Shown piece by piece: positions 56,950 to 64,000 of a DNA stretch of 64,000 bases (positions are counted from its first letter, which is position 1; each line of letters opens with the position of its first letter). The position numbers and the translations under genes are program-made. The notes under the pieces are model-generated. The model did not search any database and had not been told where the DNA came from. It saw only the letters and a list, made by a program, of their open reading frames with translations. The stretch comes from Elusimicrobiota bacterium (GTDB lineage: Bacteria; Elusimicrobiota; Elusimicrobia; UBA1565), in the NCBI GenBank assembly GCA_016212885.1, contig JACRDO010000132.1:28779-92778 (forward strand), in the 5' to 3' direction.

Positions 56950-58377
56950 CTACGCGACGATGCCCTTCTCCCGCAAGTAGCTGCGGATCTTCGATCTCGC
57001 CCGCGCCGTCTTGACGAGCCTCAGCCAGTCCCTCTTCGGGACCGAGCCCTTGCGCGTGAGAATCTCGCAGATGTCGCCGGACTTGAGCTCGTAGTCGAGC
57101 GAGACCATCTTGTTGTTGACTTTCGCGCCCACGCAGGCCATGCCGATGTCCGTGTGCACGGCGAAGGCGAAGTCGAGCGGCATCGAGCCGGCCGGCAGGG
57201 CCTTGACCTCGCCCATCGGGGTGAAGATGAAGACCTGGTGGAGCTCCAGGTCGGTCTTGAGGCTCTCGAGGAACTCCCTGGGGCTCTTTAAGTCCTGCAG
57301 CCACTCCAGCCACTGCCTCAGCCAGTTGAGCTTCTCTTCCAGGTGCGCGTCGGTGGCGTGCTCGCCGCTCTTGTAGCGCCAGTGCGCGGCGATGCCGTAT
57401 TCCGCGGTCCGGTGCATCTCCTCGGTGCGCAGCTGGACCTCCACCAGCTCGCCGCCCGGGCCGACGACCGTGGTGTGCAGGCTCTGATAGAGGTTGATCT
57501 TCGGGATGGAGATGTAGTCCGTGAAGGAGCCCGCCACGGGCTTGAACTCCGAGTGGATGAGCCCGAGCAGGGCGTAGCAGTTGGCCACCGTGTCGGTGAG
57601 GATGCGCACGCCGAGGGAGTCCTGGATTTCGGGGTAGGGCTTCTTCTGGCGCTGCATCTTCGAATAAATGGAGTAGAGGCTCTTTGAGCGGGCGAGGATT
57701 CGGTGGGGGAGGCCGGACGCCTCGATCTTCCTGCCGAGGACCGCCTTGAAGTTCGAGAGCGTCTTCTCCCGGCTGCTGGTCAGGGCGTGCACCTCGCGCT
57801 CGAGCTCCGCGTGCTCCTGCGGATGGAGGTGCTTGAAAGCCAGGTCCTCGAGCTCGCTCTTAAGCTGGAACATCCCAAGGCGCTGCGCGAGCGGGGCGTA
57901 GAGCGTTAAGGTCTCGTGGGCGATGCGCTGCCGGCGCACCTCCTCGAGGAAATTCAGGGTGCGCATGTTGTTGAGGCGGTCGGCCAGCTTGATGATGATG
58001 ACCCGGATGTCCTGGGCCGTCGCCAGCAGCATCCTCCGCCAGTTGGCGGCCTGCGCTTCGTCGCGCGAGGTGAACTTCAGGGTGTCCAGCTTCGTCACCC
58101 CCTCGACGAGCTGGGTAATCTCGACGCCGAACTCCTTCTTCATCTGGGCCGCGGTGACCGGTGTGTCCTCGATGACGTCGTGCAGGAGCCCAGCGCAGAC
58201 CGTGGGCAGGTCCAGCTTGAACTCCAGCAGGGTCCGCGCGACGGCCTCGCAATGCACGAAGTAGTCCTCTCCGGAGGCCCGCGCCTGGGAGGCGTGGGCC
58301 GATTCCGAGAACTCGAAGGCCTTCTCCAGGATGGAGGCGTCCAAGTGCGGGGAGTACTCTAGAAAGCGCGCCTTCAT
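56950..58377 (-). CDS. Short RelA/SpoT-homolog (p)ppGpp synthetase/hydrolase (HD + synthetase + TGS domains, no ACT domain), about 475 aa.
   Basis: HD motif LLHDVIEDT. Synthetase region DSLGVRILTDTVANCYALLGLIHSEF...RTEEMHRTAEYGIAAHWRYK. TGS IFTPMGEVKALPAGSMPLDFAFAVHTDIG. Start at the internal ATG (MKARFLEY). The upstream part of the 627-aa ORF is Arg/Gly-rich and overlaps the ZIP gene. Confidence 0.85.
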   Translation of the reverse strand: MKARFLEYSPHLDASILEKAFEFSESAHASQARASGEDYFVHCEAVARTLLEFKLDLPTVCAGLLHDVIEDTPVTAAQMKKEFGVEITQLVEGVTKLDTLKFTSRDEAQAANWRRMLLATAQDIRVIIIKLADRLNNMRTLNFLEEVRRQRIAHETLTLYAPLAQRLGMFQLKSELEDLAFKHLHPQEHAELEREVHALTSSREKTLSNFKAVLGRKIEASGLPHRILARSKSLYSIYSKMQRQKKPYPEIQDSLGVRILTDTVANCYALLGLIHSEFKPVAGSFTDYISIPKINLYQSLHTTVVGPGGELVEVQLRTEEMHRTAEYGIAAHWRYKSGEHATDAHLEEKLNWLRQWLEWLQDLKSPREFLESLKTDLELHQVFIFTPMGEVKALPAGSMPLDFAFAVHTDIGMACVGAKVNNKMVSLDYELKSGDICEILTRKGSVPKRDWLRLVKTARARSKIRSYLREKGIVA

Positions 58378-58388
58378 CTCTTCGGAGG

Positions 58389-59111
58389 TCACAGCCAGCC
58401 CCGCATCGCGGCGATAGCCGCGGCCCCCGCGATGAAGAAGGCCAGGCTCCAGGGGTCCTTCTTCTTGTGGGTCCGGGCGAAGGCCGCGGAGGCCGCGATG
58501 TAGAGCAGGGAGCCGCCCGAGAAGGCCAGCAAGGCCGCGGTGAGCCCCGGCGCCAGGCCCCGCAGGCCGAGGAAGCTGAGGGCGCTTCCCAAGGGGGTGG
58601 CCAGGGTGATGATCGCAAGCGACGCGAGCACCGAGCCGCGCGGGTAGCCGCCCTCCTCCAGGAGCGAGGTCAGCGTGAAGCCGTCGGCCAGCTTGTGGAG
58701 GAGCAGCGCGACCCCTCCGGCCGTGCCGAGCGCCTGTCCGGCCGCGAACGCCGCGCTGAGGTTGAAACCGTCGAGAAAGGAGTGCAGGAACAGCGCAGCC
58801 AGGGCCCAGGGACCCAGGCGATGGGCGTGGCACTCATCGACGAACTCGCAGCAGGTGTCGGGGATCGAGGCGCTTTCGATCGCGAAGAGGGCGAGGAAGG
58901 CGGCCAAGGCTCCCACGCCGGCCAGGGTCTCGTTGAGGCGCGCGGCCTCCGGCAGGATGCCTACCAGCGCCACGCTGAGCAGGATGCCGGAGCGCAGGGC
59001 GAACATCCGGCCGATGGCCGCGCGCGAGAGCGCGCTGCGGACCGCCGGGACGAGCCCTCCGAGCAGGGTCATCCCCACGGCCGCGCAGTTGAACGCCGTC
59101 AGGCGGGTCAC
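58389..59111 (-). CDS. ZIP-family (ZupT-like) divalent metal transporter.
   Basis: LLHSFLDGFNLSAAFAAG and LLHKLADGFTLTSLL metal-binding TM motifs. GTG start overlapping the stop of the upstream ABC transporter gene (GTGA). Confidence 0.75.
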   Translation of the reverse strand: MTRLTAFNCAAVGMTLLGGLVPAVRSALSRAAIGRMFALRSGILLSVALVGILPEAARLNETLAGVGALAAFLALFAIESASIPDTCCEFVDECHAHRLGPWALAALFLHSFLDGFNLSAAFAAGQALGTAGGVALLLHKLADGFTLTSLLEEGGYPRGSVLASLAIITLATPLGSALSFLGLRGLAPGLTAALLAFSGGSLLYIAASAAFARTHKKKDPWSLAFFIAGAAAIAAMRGWL

Positions 59112-60868
59112 GAAGCGGGAGCGACCGGGTCCGGGCGCTGCGGGGGTTCCGCCTTCTGGATCTCGTAGAGGCGCCGGTAGACCCCGTCGCGCTCGATGAG
59201 CTGGGCGTGCGTGCCGCACTCCGCGACGGTTCCTTCCCGGAGGACGTAGATGCGGTCAGCTGAGCGCACGGTCGAGAGCCGGTGGGCGATCACGAGCGTC
59301 GTGCGCCCCTCCATCAGCCGCTCCAGGGCCGATTGGACCTCACCCTCGCTTGTGGAGTCGAGGTTGCTCGTGGCCTCATCGAGCACCAGGAGGGAGGGGT
59401 TCTTGAGAACCGCGCGGGCGATGGCGAGGCGCTGGCGCTGGCCCCCCGAGAGCTTCATGCCCCTGTCCCCGAGCTGGGTCTGGTAGCCCTGCGGCAGCGA
59501 CTCGATAAAGTCGTGGGCGTCGGCGATGCGGCAGGCCCGGGCCACATCCTCCGGGCTCGCGGAGCGCCGGCCGATGGCCACGTTCTGGAAGACCGTTTCG
59601 TTGAAGAGCACCGTCTCCTGGGTGACCAGGCCGACCTGGCCGCGCACGGACCGCAGGTCGAGCTCGCGCAGGTCCGCGTTGTCGAGGAGGATGCGGCCTC
59701 CCGCGGGGTCGTAGAGCCGCAGCAGCAAATAGACCAGGGTCGATTTCCCGGACCCGGAGGGGCCGACGATCGCCACGCGCTCGCCGCGGTGGACCTCGAT
59801 GGCCACGTCCCGGAGCGCGTGCTGCTCGCGCGAGGGATAGCGGAAGCTGACTCGGTCGAAGCGGATCAGGGATTTGAGACCCGTGAATGGCGCGGAGTCC
59901 GGACGCTCCAGGACCGTGGGGCGCTCGTCTAGGAGCTGGAACATCCTCTCCCCGGAGGCCAGCCCGCGCTGGAGCTCGGAGTTGAGGCGGGCGAGGTTCT
60001 TGGTCGGGGAGTAGGCCGCGAAGAAGGCGGCGAGGAAGGCGAAGAAATCGCCGGTGGTCATCCGGCCGACGATGATCTCCCGCCCGCCGTAGTAGAGCAG
60101 GACCGAGAGGATCAGGGCCCCGCAGAGCTCCATCAGGGGGCCGGAGAGCGCGGTCGCGCGGAGGTAGCGCATCGTCTGGACGAAGAAGGAGAGATTCTCC
60201 CCGCGGAACTTCTCGACGGCGCCTTCCTCGTAGTTGAACGCCTTGATGAGCAGCATGCCCTGCAGGCTCTCCTGGAAGCGGTGGTAGATTTGCCCCATGA
60301 TGACCTGGCTCTGCATGCTGGAGTCGCGCATCTTCCGGCCCAGGATCACGAGCGCCACTGAGGCGACCGGGATGGAAAGGAGGGCGATGAAGGCGAAGCG
60401 CCAGTTGAGGTAGAAGAGCACGGTCATGAGGGCGAAAATCGTCAGGGTGTCGCGGATGAGGTAGAGGGGCAGGAACTGCAGGGAGGACTGGACGTTGCTC
60501 AAATCGTTGGTGACCCGCGCGAGGACCTCGGCGGATTTGTTCTCCGCATAGTAGTCGAGGGAGAGGGTGTGGAGGTGGCGGAAGAGCTCCTCGCGCAGGG
60601 TCTGGGTCGCGCGCTGGCCGATCCAGCTCATGAGGTAGTTCTGCACGTAGCCCGCGGCGGTCTTCAGCGCGATCAAGGCCGGGACCCCGACGATCGCCAG
60701 CCAGAGCCACCGGAAGTCCTTGGAGATGAGGGCCTGGTCGATGATGGGCTTGAGCAGGTAGACAGTGGCGCCGTTGACCGCGGCTACGACGACCATCGCG
60801 GCCGCGGCCTGGATGAAGCGCAGCCGGTAGGGCCGCACGTAGGGGAGCAGGCGCCGGGCGACGTTCAT
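59108..60868 (-). CDS. msbA: ABC transporter, fused permease/ATPase, MsbA-like (lipid A flippase family), 586 aa.
   Basis: Six-TM N-terminal domain. Walker A GPSGSGKST. ABC signature LSGGQRQR. Walker B LLVLDEATS. H-loop IAHRLST. Immediately downstream of lpxB. Start at the internal MNVARRLLPYV, not at 62221. Confidence 0.8.
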   Translation of the reverse strand: MNVARRLLPYVRPYRLRFIQAAAAMVVVAAVNGATVYLLKPIIDQALISKDFRWLWLAIVGVPALIALKTAAGYVQNYLMSWIGQRATQTLREELFRHLHTLSLDYYAENKSAEVLARVTNDLSNVQSSLQFLPLYLIRDTLTIFALMTVLFYLNWRFAFIALLSIPVASVALVILGRKMRDSSMQSQVIMGQIYHRFQESLQGMLLIKAFNYEEGAVEKFRGENLSFFVQTMRYLRATALSGPLMELCGALILSVLLYYGGREIIVGRMTTGDFFAFLAAFFAAYSPTKNLARLNSELQRGLASGERMFQLLDERPTVLERPDSAPFTGLKSLIRFDRVSFRYPSREQHALRDVAIEVHRGERVAIVGPSGSGKSTLVYLLLRLYDPAGGRILLDNADLRELDLRSVRGQVGLVTQETVLFNETVFQNVAIGRRSASPEDVARACRIADAHDFIESLPQGYQTQLGDRGMKLSGGQRQRLAIARAVLKNPSLLVLDEATSNLDSTSEGEVQSALERLMEGRTTLVIAHRLSTVRSADRIYVLREGTVAECGTHAQLIERDGVYRRLYEIQKAEPPQRPDPVAPAS

Positions 60869-62019
60869 GCGCGAACCTCCTCGCGGCGGCGCGAGGCTTC
60901 CGAAAGCAGGATGTCCGCGGCGCGGCCGGTGGCGCCCGGTCCCCCGAGCTTCCTGCGCAGGGACAAGAGGTCCTTGCGCAGGGCGCAAAGGCGTCTTTGG
61001 TCCGCGAGCATGGTGAGCGCCGCCCGCGCGATCTTCTCCGGCGTCGCGTCGCGCTGGATGAGCTCCGGGACCATGTCCCGGCCGGCCAGGATGTTCGCCA
61101 TCGCGATATGCTTGACGCGGATCATGGCCCGGGCGAGCGCGTAGGTCGGCCAGGAATGCCGGTAAAACACGACCATCGGGACCCCGAGCAAGGCGTTCTC
61201 CACCGTCGCCGTGCCCGAAGAGGTAAGGGCGAAGTCGAGCTGAGCGCGCTCCGCGTAGTCGGCTTCCCGCACCAGGCGCATGCGGCGGCGCGAGGAGGAC
61301 ATCCACTGGGCGATCAAGTCCCGGTACGCGGCGTCGGGTGCCTGGGCGGTCGCGAAGACCGAGAACTCCGCCTCCGGGCGCTCCTGGAGGATGATCGACG
61401 CGGCGCAGAGCAGGATCGGCAGGTGCCGCTCGATCTCCGAGGGGCGGCTGCCCGGCAGGAGGCCGATGCGCAGCCGGTCCCCCTCCCGCATCGGGGCCCC
61501 CGGGCTGGGCAGCATGTCCAGCAGGGGATGTCCCACCCAGGCGACCGGCACGCCGGCCTCGCGGTAGAGCTTCTCCTCGAAGGGGAAGATGACGAGCATT
61601 CGGTCCACCAAGCGCTGGATGGTGCGCAGGCGGCCCGGCCGGGTCGCCCAGACCTGGGGGCTGATGTAGTAGAACGCCGGCACGCCGGACCCTTTCGCGG
61701 CCGCGAGGACATGGCGGTGGAAGCCGTAGTAGTCGATGCAGACCGCGGCGTCGGGGCGCTCCAGGCGCATCAAGGTCGCCAGGTCCGCGTGCAGGCGGAT
61801 GAGGGTGGGCACGCGCCGGAGCGGCTCGATGAAGCCGGTGATGCCCAGGCCGGCCAAGTCGAAGAGGAACTCGCAGCCGGTCTGGGCCGCGGCGCGCTTC
61901 ATCTGCGCGCCTCCGACCGCGTCCACGCGCAGCGAGGGCTCGCGGGCCTTCAGGGCGCGGATCAGCAGGGCGCCGTAGTTGTCGCCGGAAGGGTCCCCGG
62001 CGCAGATCAGGAAGCGCAA
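60865..62019 (-). CDS. lpxB: Lipid-A-disaccharide synthase.
   Basis: MRFLICAGDPSGDNYGALLIRALK N-terminus and GT-B layout typical of LpxB. ATGA overlap with msbA. Confidence 0.85.
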   Translation of the reverse strand: MRFLICAGDPSGDNYGALLIRALKAREPSLRVDAVGGAQMKRAAAQTGCEFLFDLAGLGITGFIEPLRRVPTLIRLHADLATLMRLERPDAAVCIDYYGFHRHVLAAAKGSGVPAFYYISPQVWATRPGRLRTIQRLVDRMLVIFPFEEKLYREAGVPVAWVGHPLLDMLPSPGAPMREGDRLRIGLLPGSRPSEIERHLPILLCAASIILQERPEAEFSVFATAQAPDAAYRDLIAQWMSSSRRRMRLVREADYAERAQLDFALTSSGTATVENALLGVPMVVFYRHSWPTYALARAMIRVKHIAMANILAGRDMVPELIQRDATPEKIARAALTMLADQRRLCALRKDLLSLRRKLGGPGATGRAADILLSEASRRREEVRA

Positions 62020-62022
62020 AGC

Positions 62023-63063
62023 TCAGCCTCCGAGCACGGACTTCGATACCGACTGCGCGATCTTGCCGAGGTCCCCGACCCAATTGGGGAGGAATGCGCG
62101 CGACTGCTGATGGCCCGCGAGCTCGTACTTCTCGAGCTCGTCGGTGATCTGGAGCGCGAGCCTGAGGGCTTCCATTCCGTGCTCGCCGGAAGGCCAGGGC
62201 TTGCGCCCGTGGCGGATGCACTCGATGAAGTGGTCGATCTCGCTGCGCAGGGGCTCCATCTTCGGCAGCTTCGGCTCATGCACCTCGACGTCCGCCAGGG
62301 TCCGGATGACCGGGACTTTTTTCCGGCAGACCTTCAGGGACGCGTTCGCGTAGTCCAAGGAGATATAGCTGCTCTCCTGGAAGATGCGGACCTTCCGGCA
62401 GCGCTTGAGCGATATCCGGCTGGCCGTGAGGTCCGCGATGCAGCCGGCCTTGAACCTCACCCGGACGTTGGCGATGTCCTCGTGCTTGGAGAACAGGCTC
62501 GCGCCGACGGCTTCCAGGCTCTCGATCTCCGAGCCCACGAGGGTGAGCAGGATGTCGAGGTCGTGGATCATCAGGTCCATGACGACGCCGATGTCCGAGA
62601 CGCGGGGATCGTAGGGGCCGAGACGCTCGACGCTCACGAAGCGCGGGTGGCGGATGTACTCGATGGCCTTGAGCACGGCCGGATTGAAGCGCTCGACGTG
62701 GCCGACCTGCAGAACGGTGCCGCTCTTCTCGGAGACGGCCAGCAGCTCCTTGGCCTGCTCGACGTCGGCGGCGAGGGGCTTCTCGATGAGGCAGTGGATG
62801 CCTTTCTGCATCGCGGCCAGGCCCACCTCGTGATGCTTGTCGGTGGGGACCGCGACGACGGCGGCGTCGATGCGGTCGAGAATCTGGCGGTAGTCGCGGT
62901 AGGCCAGCGCCCCGGTCCTCCAGGCGAGGACCTGGGCCCGCCAGACGTTGGGATCGCAGACCCCGACGAGCTCCGCATCGGGGTGGCGGCCGATGATGCG
63001 TGCGTGATGGGCGCCGATGCGGCCTGCGCCGATGACGGCGAACCGGAGTTTGTTGGGCTTCAT
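62023..63063 (-). CDS. Gfo/Idh/MocA-family NAD-dependent oxidoreductase (candidate GnnA-like UDP-GlcNAc 3-dehydrogenase in the lipid A cluster).
   Basis: Rossmann N-terminus MKPNKLRFAVIGAGRIGAHHAR. EKP motif (LIEKPLAAD). Sits between lpxB and lpxI. Start at the internal ATG 63063, not 63444. Confidence 0.75.
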   Translation of the reverse strand: MKPNKLRFAVIGAGRIGAHHARIIGRHPDAELVGVCDPNVWRAQVLAWRTGALAYRDYRQILDRIDAAVVAVPTDKHHEVGLAAMQKGIHCLIEKPLAADVEQAKELLAVSEKSGTVLQVGHVERFNPAVLKAIEYIRHPRFVSVERLGPYDPRVSDIGVVMDLMIHDLDILLTLVGSEIESLEAVGASLFSKHEDIANVRVRFKAGCIADLTASRISLKRCRKVRIFQESSYISLDYANASLKVCRKKVPVIRTLADVEVHEPKLPKMEPLRSEIDHFIECIRHGRKPWPSGEHGMEALRLALQITDELEKYELAGHQQSRAFLPNWVGDLGKIAQSVSKSVLGG

Positions 63064-63911
63064 TTTCGCTGCCCCTTCGCAACGGATTCTTCCGAAACGA
63101 CGATGACGGCGAGGCCCAGGGCGTCCGCGCGGCGGATGAATTCGTCTTTGTCGAAGACCAGCGTCTTGCCGGCCTCCAGCGCCAGGACCGAGGCGCCGGC
63201 CTTCTCCAGGGTCGGCAGGGTATCGAGGCCGAGGACCGGCAGGTCGAAGCGGAAATCCTGGCAGGGCTTGGCGACTTTGACGACGACGAGCCTCGGCTTG
63301 CGTCCGTGGCTGCGGGCGATCTCGCCCGCGCGCGCGACAGCGGAATCCGTCCCCTCCATCGCCTCGACGGCGACGATGGCTCCGCCCTGCGCGACCACGG
63401 CCTGCCCGATGTCGAAGCCGGCCACGGCTTTGGCCGCCCGCCAACCCAGCTCGACGTCCGCAAGCTCTTCCTTCGTGGGGGCCCGGCGCGAGAGGACCCC
63501 CTCGGATGGCATGAGATGGGTCAGATAGGCCGAGGAGGACAGCAGTTCGATGCCCTCCTTGGAGAATTCATCCGCCACCGCGGAAAGGATGGTGTCGGGC
63601 CGCCGGTCCTTCAAGCCGGCGAACAGCTTCAAAGCCCGGAGGTCGGGCATCAGGCCGCCGAAGACGGAGGCGTGCTGGACCTTGCCCGCCATGACGGCTT
63701 TGCGGACCCCGTGTTCCTTGAAGTAGCGCAGGGGGGCCTCGATCTGGCCGAGCTTGAAGTACTGGATCTTGAACACCTTCGGCTCAAGGGCCGGATCCGT
63801 CACGCCGGGGATGGCCAGCGCGACGACCTCGACGCCTTTGCGGCGGGCCTCCTCCGCCACCAGGACGGGAAATCGGCCGGAGCCGGCGATGAGGCCGAGG
63901 CGTTCAGCCAT
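63060..63911 (-). CDS. lpxI: UDP-2,3-diacylglucosamine pyrophosphatase LpxI (DUF1009 family).
   Basis: N-terminus MAERLGLIAGSGRFPVLVAEEARRKG. C-terminal GQAVVAQGGAIVAVEAMEGTD motif characteristic of LpxI. Confidence 0.75.
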   Translation of the reverse strand: MAERLGLIAGSGRFPVLVAEEARRKGVEVVALAIPGVTDPALEPKVFKIQYFKLGQIEAPLRYFKEHGVRKAVMAGKVQHASVFGGLMPDLRALKLFAGLKDRRPDTILSAVADEFSKEGIELLSSSAYLTHLMPSEGVLSRRAPTKEELADVELGWRAAKAVAGFDIGQAVVAQGGAIVAVEAMEGTDSAVARAGEIARSHGRKPRLVVVKVAKPCQDFRFDLPVLGLDTLPTLEKAGASVLALEAGKTLVFDKDEFIRRADALGLAVIVVSEESVAKGQRK

Positions 63912-64000
63912 CTAGAGGGTGACCTCCTCTTCGGCCAAGGCGCCGGTCTCCGCGCGCATGATGCCGCGCTTGCCCGCGCCCTCGATGAAGGCGACCAGCT
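63912..64000 (-). CDS. 3'-end of a gene running off the window. Possibly lpxA (acyltransferase C-terminal helical region).
   Basis: Translates to ...LVAFIEGAGKRGIMRAETGALAEEEVTL*. The ..FIEgs.RGI.. ending resembles LpxA C-termini, and the gene lies in an lpx cluster. Confidence 0.3.
   Translation of the reverse strand, partial: LVAFIEGAGKRGIMRAETGALAEEEVTL

Noticed and set aside
59112-62221. 1037-aa ORF 59108..62221 (minus strand) and the 60997..63528 plus-strand 843-aa ORF
   Set aside because: Only the C-terminal 586 codons (from MNVARRLL) have the ABC-transporter fold. The upstream part is Arg/Pro/Gly-rich and overlaps lpxB, which has a clear LpxB N-terminus. The plus-strand ORF is an antisense artefact.
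63064-63444. 5' extension of the Gfo/Idh/MocA ORF to nt 63444
   Set aside because: Arg/Gly-rich extension overlapping lpxI. The Rossmann GxGxxG motif follows the internal ATG at 63063.

Overview
High-GC (roughly 68-70% GC) chromosomal segment from a diderm bacterium that makes LPS (lpxB, lpxI, an msbA-like transporter and an HldD-like epimerase are present). The window is densely coding, with about 47 protein-coding genes. I found no rRNA, tRNA, CRISPR array, transposase or integrase. Many long antisense or alternate-frame ORFs in the six-frame track are Arg/Pro/Gly-rich artefacts of the high GC content. Three blocks stand out. (1) nt 1-24593 is a tightly spaced same-strand gene string. It begins with a 5'-truncated giant (>5686 aa) cell-surface repeat protein (Kelch, FG-GAP/ASPIC-like, FN3, LamG, beta-propeller, about 12 calcium-loop beta-sandwich repeats) ending in a T9SS-type / FlgD-Ig-like C-terminal sorting domain. 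It continues with a PorV/PorQ-like outer-membrane protein fused to TPR repeats, then a very unusual single polypeptide that combines a sensor-less histidine kinase, a TM-periplasmic-TM segment with FliF-like topology, and FliG middle and C-terminal domains, then a coiled-coil Pro/Ala-rich protein, MotA, MotB and an OmpR-type regulator. No other flagellar gene is visible. I interpret this as a candidate undescribed proton-motive-force-driven rotor/stator machine coupled to a T9SS-like surface adhesin and an embedded two-component system. (2) nt 34861-44720 is an F1Fo ATP synthase operon (atpZ/I-like, atpBEFHA, atpG, atpD, atpC) with atypical inserted genes: a secreted protein and an HldD-like epimerase between atpA and atpG, and a PilZ-domain protein between atpG and atpD. 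A divergently transcribed receiver-GGDEF protein (GGDDF variant) sits immediately upstream, and a sigma70-like promoter is visible. (3) The remainder is housekeeping and accessory genes: MFS transporter, AAA/DUF4143 ATPase, amidohydrolase, a secreted GH57-like hydrolase, a HAD hydrolase, a tandem-SNase secreted nuclease, an EF-hand-like calcium-binding secreted protein, recG, rpmB, two tandem paralogous GT-C-like membrane proteins, a cNMP-binding protein, a short RelA/SpoT, a ZIP transporter and an msbA-lpxB-Gfo/Idh/MocA-lpxI-(lpxA) lipid A cluster. All calls rest on reading the translations by eye; no database search was run.
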